Shown here: piece after piece, positions 1 to 12,000 of the stretch | How positions within the stretch are numbered: the stretch's first letter is position 1 | How the letters are laid out: each line of letters opens with the position of its first letter | Assembly: GCA_002633005.1 (NCBI GenBank) | Contig: NMRA01000143.1 | Coordinates: 191,402 to 255,401 of the forward strand | Length of the DNA: 64,000 bases | Reading direction: 5' to 3' | Source of the DNA: Phoronis australis | Taxonomy: Eukaryota > Animalia > Phoronida | Notes under the pieces: model-generated | Seen by the model: only the letters and a program-made list of their open reading frames with translations | What the model was told of the DNA's origin: nothing | Database searches by the model: none | Made by a program: the position numbers and the translations under genes

Positions 1-3000
1 TTCCTCGACGAATGTGAGCCTTACATCTGCTGCTGGCATTCTGGGCAACAGGGGGAGTTAGTAGCTCCAATGCCTGCAAATCATATAGCAACAACGTAAG
101 TTTAATATGTTCACGCTAAACAAACTGCAATCTCTTTTGTGAAATTTTTGAAGAAAATATTTGAGATTTTTTGAATACTTCACACAGTTCTTCCAAAGTG
201 TGTTCATTTCCGTCAACGACACATCAACATCCAGTGCAGTCAAAAATTAGCTTGAGATCATTTGAAAATTACCTGAACTGTCTTGCTTTGAAATTCCGCC
301 AATTTTCAATGAGAAAAGTTTTGCCAACTATTACCAAAATGATGTTACTTGCCCTGATGTCCTGATGGATTAAAAACAACTTCATTCAAATGACAGCACT
401 TTGGTATGACTATTTTACAGTTAAACATTTTTATTAGGTCTTCAATCATAACACATCATAATATTCACTTTTGAAAGACAATTAAAATAGTAACCTCTGC
501 TCTCATTTGTTTTTGGCCAAAACATGAGCACGAACTTTAAAATTAGCGCGTAAGTAAACAAAGACATATTGATCCGACATTTTGGTTTATTCACTATAAA
601 CCGTTCTCAAGGCAAAAGTTAATTTTATTCAATCAGGTGAAAAACAGACAAGAACAGGCTGTACAGGTACATGTCAAAATGCATTGCGAGGGGAGAGACC
701 AGAAATTAAAACAGTTGCAGCTCAAATGAACCAATGTTTTTATCTCAATATGTCTTTGTTTACTTACATGCTAATTTTGAACCCCTGCTCTATGTTCTTA
801 ATGTATTGTCCAAACCGCTACACATCCCTACCTTAGTAGTTACAGTGGCCGATCTAGGATATCTCAAGGGGGGCCAACATTTTGTCTGTAAACATTTGCT
901 CAAAGCACGATATGTAGATGCGTATAGCACCGAATGGGGGGAGGTCGGTTGCCCCCCTCCCGCCCAGGAAACGTTTCTATTTTTACCTCTAAAAATCAAG
1001 CATTTTCCTTGATTACTGAAGTATTGTCCAAGAAAAAAAGGCAAAAGAAAATGGAGAAAGTGTCAAACAGGAAAACTGCAAGTATCACAGACTTGAACTC
1101 ATGACCCGACGGATAGAGCGTGTGTGCTTTACCACTGCACCACCACAATTTAACGCCTAACTTGGTACTAAAAGACCTCCTTGTTTATGGTCCACAGCAT
1201 TTGTGCGCGAAAGCTCCTTCTTTTGTAATGCCTATTACATTATTTTATAGTTTGTGCCATGAGTTTGTAACAAATTTCTTGTATTTAAAATAGTCTTTAA
1301 TTGCCCAAAAGACCCAATCCGTTTTTTGTGTTGGCAATAATGACGCGATTGCTTTGGATATCGTCTTAAGGTTTGACAAAGAGAGAATTATCAGTTTCTG
1401 AGTGGTTCACTAAGGCTTCGATTAAAATTGACATCTTACTAGCAGCTTCTGTTTTTTCATCATCACTCAGATTCCATTTTCTTTAATAATGCGTCAACAT
1501 ATAAATATGTGGGCGCATAAAAAATGAAGAAATATTCTTCATTGCACAGTGGAGCAGACGACGGAAACGGAGTCGCTGTGCCCAGCGCCACTGCCGGTTG
1601 CCTGGGATATCGCGGGAGAGCGCCTATACTTAGCCATATTTCCGATACGATTGCACCGTGTTCCAAATTTGACACTTGAAATTGGATCTGAACCCCCCTC
1701 CAAACACACTAAAACTGCACACGTTTAAATCTTGTTTCAGCCGTATAATTTTAATTACCGGGGTTAATTAATAAACTCAACATTTCCTACACTTTTGCTG
1801 TTTTATTATTTTTTTTTTGAAGCAGCCAAGGGCGGGGGGCAGCCCCCCCCTAAATCCGCCTATGGGTAAAGTTAGTTTACGCAATTTATTTTTTGTACGT
1901 ATATATTTTATGCAGTGTACATGTTAGTACCAGTGGTTATTTTATCGAGATTTGTGATATGCAAAGTATTTAAACAAGGGCAACGTTCATAAGATGGAGA
2001 TAACGAGTCGTAGAGCTTTGAACCTGCAACATTTTCCCGTTGACCTTCAAAAAACTCCCAGAAATCTGCTCTTGTCAAAACTTGGGGAACTTTTGCAGCA
2101 AAGTTTTCCTAAAAAATGCATTATTTTTTGCCTGATTTCTTTCAGTGTTTTCACTGTGACAATGGTACAGCCAGGTGAATTTTGAAAGAATTAATTTTGG
2201 GAATGTTTTGAAAACTATCATGAATACAATAGTCCTTTATAGTCAAACTTCACCAATATGTATATTTTTACCAAATTAAAAATGGACAATTATTATGGAT
2301 GACTAACAACAACGTTAAAAAATATTATAAACACTGCAATAGTAAGGACTCCTGTGGCTCTTATTATCTTTGTACTAATTACCTTTGTACTTATTACCTT
2401 TGTACTAATTACCTTTGTACTAATTATCTTTGTACTAATTACCTTTGAGCAGTCCTCAACACACTTGATCAAGTTGCCTATTTTTAAATGACACGTCGCT
2501 CTATTCGAATAAAGTCTAAACCCACAGTTAAGGTCAACATTGTAAAACAAGAATAAGAGACAAAGTGGGAATATGTGCTGATGAACAAAATGTGAATATG
2601 TGTTGATCAACAAAATGGGAATATGAGCTGATCAACAAAATGTGAATATGTGTTGATCAACAAAATGTGAACATGTGCTGATCAACAAAATGTAAATATG
2701 TGTTGATCAACAAAATGTGAATTTGTGCTGATCAATAAAATGTGAATATGTGATGATCAACAAAATGTGAATATGTGTTGATCAACAAAATGTGAATACG
2801 TGTTGATCAACAAAATGAAGAATGAGAGCTGTAAGCAACATTAGAAATAGAACTCAGCAGTGCAGTGAGAGAATGAAAGTGACTTCTGCTTGATCCAATC
2901 AGAAATTTTGTTGGACAATATGGGTCGACTTTAGAAATGCAATTTCTTTCATAAACAAATACTTCGCAATGCAGGCTTTTTTCTGTGATCATTTGAAAAT

Positions 3001-6000
3001 CGAACAGCACGTGATGGTGGTTGTACAGAATTATAAAATCTCACTGCTTTCAATCTCCGCTCACAAAAAATCTACAGTTTGGGACTATCTCTAAAATCGG
3101 GGGGCAATCGAAATTCAAACTGAATTGTAGGTGGCACTGAATACTTGTAGAACAAGAACAGTAGCGCCATCTAGCAGCAAACCATATTTCAATGGGTCGA
3201 CGCTATAATGCTGAAAGGGTGCTACTGACACCACTTATTCAAATGAAAGAAAGCAAACAGTGTAAACAAACAGTGTAAACAAACAGTGTAAACAAACAGT
3301 GTAAACAAACAGTGTAAACAAACAGTGTAAACAAACAGTGTAAACAAACAGTGTAAACAAACAGTGTAAACAAACAGTGTAAACAAACAGTGTAAACAAA
3401 CAGTGTGTAAGGCATATTCGTACATATAGCCAAACACACGCCATAATTGTTAGTTGACCTTTAACCTAAAATATTTAATGAGGGTGTGAGGGTGATCCAC
3501 CCACCTCCCCACTCCCCAGCATTAACACTGTTTGCTAAGAGGGTCCTCACAAATACAACAGGAAACACTATACAATACAATACAATGCAAAAAGAATTGA
3601 AATTACAAAGGCAAGATACAAAGTCTATCAAATCATAATAGTGACGACATATACAGTAATGATACAACATAATTAATGAACTGCAGTGCACTTGGATATT
3701 TTTTAAGGTTATGTAGGACCATAACCACAAGACAGTGTGTAAATTTAGCCAGATATTTCCAAAACTATAAATTTTAACCAATTATTTCTGAAAGTAAAAA
3801 ATCTGTAGAATTTGACTTTTGACTTTACTGCCATCTACCAATAATTGGGTCATGTGACCATATCATTTTAAAAAAACTAGAAAAGAAACTTAAGGTACCT
3901 TGACAGCAAAACAATGGTACCAAAAACATGCTCAAATTTCGTTTGATAGAACTGTTCAAGATGAGATTTAAAAAGCACTTTTCTAAATTATCATTTTGTT
4001 TTGACTTTACGCAACTTTTGAGTTTCTCCATGAAAATCAGTAAGTCCTATTTTTGAATTTTTGAAAGCTCCAGGTGCAAAAGTGGAACATTCCAAAAGCA
4101 ATTCCTAACAAAATTGTGGAGAACACTGCATAAAGTATATCACTTGTAAGTTTCATATGAATCCAATCAGCTATTTGTCAGATATGTTCTGAAGTCAGCC
4201 AAATTAGGACATTGTCTAGCATCTTATATAACCTGATGAGCTGGATTTTGAAATCGTAACATATCTCCAGTAGAGGAGAGGTCTACCATGTGGGGATAAC
4301 TCCATAGACAGAAGTGTGGTAAAGCAATACACTATATAACAGATTTAGGTACAGTAAAGGATACGAAGGGAGATGTCTGTCCAGACGTATAGCATGGCTG
4401 TATGCGTTGATTGCACCCACGTAGTTACCCGACTTGAAGAAGGAGCTGAAATGGATTCCTCTGTTAGTCTACGCTCCAGTTAAGCTGCAGAGACTTATAT
4501 GTAAAAGCCTGATAAAACTCAAGTGATTTGACATAGCAACTCATACAGAAATTCAGGCAGTTTTCAACTTTGGTCATGTCAATCAGCAGTTACACGTGAT
4601 GTCATATTCAACCATAGTCCTGCACTTTCAAATACTGGGCTCTAATAATTTACTCCATTTTGACTTTCCCTTTTTTCAGAGGTCCATGAAAACCAAAAGG
4701 AGATTTTTTGTTGATTTCTCATTTTTTTAAACCAGAGATAGAAACATTTTAAGGTTTTAAGATACCAAAGTTAGCAGGAATCAAATTTGTTAAAACATTT
4801 ATTTACCAGTAGACACGAGATGACTACAGAATCTTACTTTGTGCAAGAAAGCAATTCCCTGATCTTGATTATCACAAGATTGTGTTTTTCATTGAGATGA
4901 AATATTGTTTACACACATAAATATAAATTTTTGCATGAAATTCACAAATTCTGTTTCTTTATTCTATTTGCTACAAAATACTGTCTGGCGTTTACTTTAA
5001 GCCTTTTAGCCTAAGGAATTTCGATGTCTTAATTAATTTTTGACAATAGAGTTCTCAGGCTCAAAGGCCTTAAATTCTAGACAAATTTTTGTAGCTAATA
5101 GAATAAACAGAATTCGTAAATTCTGAGCGAAAACATTCTGCTTGTAGAAACAGAATCTCCAAATTACCATAGCAACGAGTCGGTCCATATCTTCTAACCG
5201 TTCCTTCACCCACAAACAGAATCTCCACCTCGTAAAAAAGAGTATTTCCACATATTCAAACATTTCCCCCATCCACGAAGTCAATACCCAGTCAAAACCA
5301 AGACTCCGTCCACCCACAAATTCAATCCCCAAACAGCCATAACCATCACTATGACAACATACTCTCCCTTTTCCTTCAGCCAGACGGGATTCTTCTCTTC
5401 CTCTGTCAGATCTGCATCCTCAATTTCAGCGATCTTCATCGCCTCCTTCTGTTTTTGCAGCCACTGTTAAAACATCCAATATTCAAACTAAATTATCATG
5501 TAAAGTGCCGTTTTTCCTACTCGTGATCTAAAGCCCAAAAATAAACAAGGTTATTAAAGGACACTAATCCCTGTGAATTGAACAAATTCATGTTGTTCTG
5601 TCCCCTGCTAATGCACCATAGGCGTCTCATTCAATTGATAAAAACAGGATTCAACTTACATCAACTCACTACGTCATAAATTGAATCCCATGGTTCTCAG
5701 TGGGTAGTCTGTCCTTACAGTCGTCATTTACCGAAAGCGTAAGTAATGCTCGCCGGTTCAACAGACTTTGTAAGGAGTTTTTAAATTTTCGAGAATTGGT
5801 GAGGATTACAAAGCAATATTTCATTTTAGAGAACAAGTTATTGTTCACACGTGTCTTGTCAATAGAACACAAACGTGTTTAGCATCACATTAATCAATCG
5901 CACAAAATGTGTATGCATAAAAGTTTCGCTATAATTTGAAAAGTTGAAACTTTGACTTTCTTATTTTTCAGAAAGGAGCTTCACCAGCACTTAAACTATT

Positions 6001-9000
6001 TTCTGTAACTATGCTTAGTATCATGCCTCCATGTTCAATTCATCCCCTTTCACATACTCAAGAGAAGGCAAAAAGTGTGGAGGCAACAGGCAGTTTGCAC
6101 AAAGCCAAGAGTCTGTCAATAAACAAACCTGGTCCTCTTAAGCAGATATACTGCTAACAAACACACGATGGCAACCTGAGCCACTTAGGCTTCGAGGTCT
6201 GGACCTAAATTACAGCAGAATCCACCACTGAATAATGTAGACGTTTGCTTAAAATCCAGTAAAGTGTGAACTGACGTCAACGACCACGCTACCTACCCTC
6301 TGTTCTTCTTCATTTGTGGACTCTCGTGCAGCAGTGGGGAAATCGCGACTGGAAAACTTGACTTTAATCTTCCCTGTCCTTCTTACTTCGGATACTTCAT
6401 TACTATCTCCATCCTCATCACTGTCCAAGTCTTTGTCTGTGGAAAACATGTTGTTCGTTCGATTCACATTCTGTGGCTTTGATGGTTTTCTTCTGTCTGC
6501 GTCAGATAACCCTTCTGTGATTTCCTGTATTTCTTGTTCCCGTTTTATTCTGGCCTCACTCAGCTTGGCTTGATCCTGAAAACAACAACAATGAGTTTAT
6601 GATACTTCTTCAACTTCATCTGAAGAGCTTTAACACAAAACTAACCAATTTGTACCTCAACAGATGCATCAGTTTTTCAAAGCTGTTGAATTTTAAAGTT
6701 TAATTTTTGAATTTCTTTGAATTTCTGGCCATACATTACAAATTTGGTAAAGTTGAATGAAAATGATGACCCTCGCTCACCCACCTTTAACTGGTTGATA
6801 ATTCACAGCTTGGACTAGCCTAAATATTAGGGGTGTCAGGTGGAGCCCTAGACTTCCATGAATGAAGTTTTTGCTCAATACCAAGTAATCACCCCCGCAT
6901 TTGTGATAAGCTAATCAATACACTGGAAAGGTATGACTGTGAAGTGAGGATTTTTGCAATTATATAACCTTCTGAAGTTGATAGTCCATGGTTCTCATCT
7001 TGAAGAAATTTTTTAATCCTTTGAGGGGGGTTTTTGGGTCTAATGAGGGAAATTTCGCGAGCTTTTTATTACATGTTTCAGAGGGGAATCGAGGAATTGG
7101 CGGATCTGTTTGAAAGTAAAGAACACAAAATATATGGTGAAATTTAATTACAAAATGTGTTTATTTATCATTAAGTGATATCTTTCGATTGGTGAAGCTC
7201 GTGCTGTGACTTTAGCAGATGAAAACAAAATAAACAGGTAAGTATAAAGGAAAATACTAAGAAAAATCCACAATGTGTAGTTTAACCTTACAGTCATACA
7301 TTTTTGCTTGGCCAATATGTACCTCAACTGTGATGGACTTTAATGAGTGATCACATCTTTATTTAGCTTTGAACCAACATTGTAACAGTATTAGCAAGGG
7401 ACACTATGTAGCCAGTTGGTAATAGAGTTATGCAGACTTACAAGCTGACATATAATTTAGACAGAGTAGTAAAAATATTAAATAACTGAATCTGTGAACA
7501 GATCACAGTTGTGACTGTGGTAAATCTCATTATTTCAGTTTTCATTTTTGGAGGCAGCTTATAAATTGATGCCAAATTCCATTAAACAAAACAGGACAGT
7601 AGCTATGCAACAGAATTTGAACAGGAAATGATTTGGGACTGAGAAAATCTTATCTTGTTCTCTATGTTGTGCCCCAGATTAGTAAAACTTTAGCAGAGAT
7701 ATGTTGTGAATTCTACCTGAACAGCTTCCAGTCTTTTTCTTTCTTTCCAGTTTTCCAAGTCCTCCGTGGCTTTGTCTCTTTCCGATTGTTTTTCTGCAGC
7801 AATACGATTTCTTTCTTCCTCGTCAATCTACAATAAAATTAACCTTTGACCTTTTTTATTACATATTGCTACTCGGTGCCTGTCACGACACAGTTTGAAG
7901 TGAGATTGGCCATGCTCATCCCAATTTCACATTCAAGTAGTTTTACTATTACGTTGGGATACATAGTATTCCAGTGGTGAGTCTGAGTTTATTTTTCATC
8001 TGTGCTGGTCAGTGGAGTAAATTCAAGTTCTGAAATAACCTGAGTTGATTCTTTCAGTTTTCTAAGTGAACATATTATGATGTGTCCTGAGTGGCCTGCT
8101 CAATTGTCACGAGCTTGGTTCATTTGAGGTTGAAGCCTAAAAGTAAGGGCAACCTCACCTTAGTGTTGAGAGATGAGTCATCTTTAATGACGCTTACTTC
8201 CCATCACAGTACAGTACATTAAACAAGACAAAATCCACAGAACATAGGCACTCTTAAGATACTCAAATCATCCCCTGTTGATAGAGATGGGACGTTACCT
8301 TGGAACGGCCATAGAAACATGCAGCGTCGCCGTGTGCGTAGTACACCTCGCAAGGAAAGACGATAACAATGTTGCAACAGGGATGAAACTGAGGATGAAT
8401 GCTAATGTGCCCACTACACCTTGTTCTGAGACATAATTTTAATTTGCATGTTGTTTGCCTTCAAAATGCTACAATTTTTTTCAGAAAGATGACAAAGTCA
8501 ACAGGCAAAGTTATTTGACATAAGTAGTAATATTGCAAAACTCTTTATTAGTATTGAAAGTCAAAGATCATTCTAACTTGTTAAATGGTGAACCTTAGAT
8601 GACTGTACTTTGCATGCTTTCATTGAACTTCTTGAAAGTTGGAGATTGTTACATAAAAAAATGTAAATTTTTTATTCAAAGGGTCCAGAAACCTACACAA
8701 ACAAACTATACTACATTCAAAGCACTCTCTTTGACTGTATTTTCGTTACAGCAGCTAAGCACAAGCGAAATTCACCACCACAATAGCCATTCGTTATTCA
8801 AAAAGGAGGGACAAACCTAATCTACAATAGAACTGAAAGTGTAAAAACTTACAGCCATAGCCTTTTTAAGAGCAATTTTTTCATCAGCTTGTTTTTTGTT
8901 GGCTTTCTCTTTGATTTCTTTTGCTGCCCTCTGTTGGGCATATTCAACAGACTCTTCCCTTTTTGCTTTCATCTTTTCTTTGTCACCTGAATCAAAATAA

Positions 9001-12000
9001 AATGACAGAATGGTTAATTCAGATAACACTGCAGTCATAAATCACTTAGTCATCAAGTAATTGATTGACAATAACTTAGGCGTTTCATATTTGTGTGTTA
9101 CACTACCAGCACAACTTAACAAGAACAATGAAAACTGAATACCTTTATATCTACCGACAACATGCTGTTTATTTGTACTGCATCTGTAACAGCTGATCAT
9201 GAACAGTGTTGGAATTTAGCACAAGCTCAGGGGCAAAATGCTCCTGGCTTTTTCTACTTTGCTAAATAAATGTAGGTCTTTGAACAAGAAGTAACCAACA
9301 GGTCACCTTACCCATATCAGAGGAGGCCAGCTGACCCCACACGCCGTCATCCTTCTTGAGTAATTTGAACAGAACCACACCATTTCCTATGACAGCCCGA
9401 CTTTCCTTGTCAACAACTGGAGCATTCAACAGCACTTCAAACAAGTAAGGTGGATAACTCACCTACAATATATTAATTGCAATTAATTAATATTCTACAA
9501 AAACTTTGCTTTTAAGAATATTTTTTATCAGAAATGGGTCTTTTTTGTTAGCCCTCAGGTAGGGCCTCTCTAAATCGCTCAGCCAAGTCAGTGGCAACTG
9601 CCTCTTGACCGAACGGTTTCGACACTTGACTCACGCGTTGACCGCGGACTTGTGTTTCTACATGGGACCTTATTTTGATCTTTTCGAAAATACCTCTAAT
9701 ATACACCATGTGTAAAGAAAGGAGCATTGGGTATGCCTTTGCCTTACATGGCTACATAGAACCGCTAAAGTCTGGTGAGGTTCGCAATCCCGCCACTACG
9801 TGACTCACATGTCAATAGTTGCACGATTAACTGCTGCTTGACGTTCAGTTGGAGCCATTCATTCACGTGTGATAACAGCAATGCACAGCTGCACTGATGC
9901 AGTGGCCATATTGTAATGCAGTGGCGGCCATATTGTAAACCTCACCAGACTTCCACGATTCTATGTAGAATGGCATACACAATACTCCTTGCTTTACTTA
10001 TGGTGCATACTGGAAGCACATACTACAGTTCTAAAAGATTGAAATAAGCTCCAAGGAGTTCGATGGCCGCCGTCGACAATGCCAATGGCAAGTGGATTTT
10101 TCTACACCTGGCTGGCTAATTTTCACCTAGCCAGCCAGCTAGTTGTTAGACTATCGTCAAAATACAACTAGGTACCACTGTGTGTTGAGCTCCCTCAGAA
10201 CCCGAAATTTCACACAGCCCAGATAGTTCTGCTCGTCATCTCTTCATGAAACTTACTATTGTATATCAACATGTGGAGCTAACGACACGCGTGGGAGTAT
10301 GCAACACGTGGGAGTCAACCGGCATCACCATGCGTGATAGAACCGATCAAGTGAAAAACAATCTAAAAACGTCATTTTCTTACATAGTTCTTTGCCTTTT
10401 GTAATAAAGAAACCAATATGTTCCTGACATGCACACGCGCCCTTTCCAATTTTTAGCGACATAGTGGCAGCTTCGCAGCAGCAAAGCTCGTTCTGAAAAT
10501 CAGTTTGCTAGTATTAAAATACTAAAAACCTGTAACGAAATGAAACCAGTTCCGATAGTTTGTTGTGATATGTACACATTGTTGAAGAACAGTTCATTGA
10601 AAAATCGATGAAAAAAGAAACTGCCCAACAGGTGACGCTATATTTCATGCGGCCANTATGTAGAATGGCATACACAATACTCCTTGCTTTACTTCTGGTG
10701 CATACTGGAAGCACATACTACAGTTCTAAAAGATTGAAATAAGCTCCAAGGAGTTCGATGGCCGCCGTCGACAATGCCAATGGCAAGTGGATTGTTCTAC
10801 ACCTGGCTGGCTAATTTTCACCTAGCCAGCCAGCTAGTTGTTAGACTATCACCAAAATACAACTAGGTACCACTGTGTGTTGAGCTAGCTCAGAACCCGA
10901 AATTTCACACAGCCCGGATAGTTCTGCTTGTCATCTCGTCATGAAACTTACTATTGTATATCAACATCTGGACTAACGACACGTGTGGGTGCATGCAAAA
11001 TCTGAGAGTCAACCGGCATCACCATGCGTGTTAGAGCTGATCAAGTGAAAAATAATCTAAAAACGTCATTTTCTTACATAGTTCTTTGCCTTTTGTAATA
11101 AAGAAACCAATATGTTCCTGACATGCACACGCGCCCTTTCCAATTTTTAGCGACATAGTGGCAGCTTCGCAGCAGCAAAGCTCGTTCTGAAAATCAGTTT
11201 GCTAGTATTAAAATACTAAAAACCTGTAACGAAATGAAACCAGTTCCGATAGTTTGTTGTGATATGTACACATTGTTGAAGAACAGTTCATTGAAAAATC
11301 GATGAAAAAAGAAACTGCCCAACAGGTGACGCTATATTTCATGCGGCCAAAAGCCGAAGCATAAGATTACTAATTTAAACAATTCTAGCAGCAGAATAAC
11401 ATTTAAATACAATTTAATTTTACCCAAGAGTGTAATTTTTAATGACACTAATTTTTGCCACATTTTATTTGGCCCAATTCTTACCCACATCGGCGCAAAG
11501 CGGCAAGCCTGTATATTTAGACACCTTTTCACCAAGGCTAGTTTTTTGGTACAAAGCTTTATACTAAATATGCAGCTTTGCGATGACGTGGGTAAAAAAC
11601 TGAGCAGATAAAATCTGACACAAAATTAGTGTCATGCGTCATTGAAAACTACACTCTTTCTTGAGTAAACTAAATTGGCGTTAAATCGGTATTTTCCTGC
11701 TAAAATTATGGTGCGATCTTTTGCATCAGCTTTAGGCGCCATGAAATATTGCCTCAAATATAGGCCAGTTTCTTTTTTCGCTGTTTCTTCAATCAACTGC
11801 AGTTCTTTCACAATGTGTACATGTTGCAACAAATTAATGGAACTGGTTTCAATTCATTATAGTAGGTTTTTAGAATTTTGATACCAGCAAACCGTATTTC
11901 AAAACATATTTGGCTACTGCGAAGCTGTTATCATCTCCTGAGAGATGTCACATAAATTTAGGAAATGGCGTGTGCGTGTGTCACAGGCGTACTGTTTTCA

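Larger units (their letters stand above)
2516..4364 (-). other. U12-type (minor spliceosome) GT-AG intron in DNAAF4
   Basis: Donor GTATCCTTT at 4364-4356, branch point CCTTAAC at 2533-2527 about 11 nt from the AG, no polypyrimidine tract; flanking exons join in frame (TC|A = Ser). Confidence 0.9.

Noticed and set aside
1088-1146. tRNA gene
   Set aside because: A and B boxes are present but there is no complete cloverleaf; treated as a SINE-like fragment. The same applies to ~37805-37860.
3222-3444. Three overlapping ORFs with repetitive Cys/His/Leu peptides
   Set aside because: Translation of a stop-free 13-bp minisatellite inside an intron.
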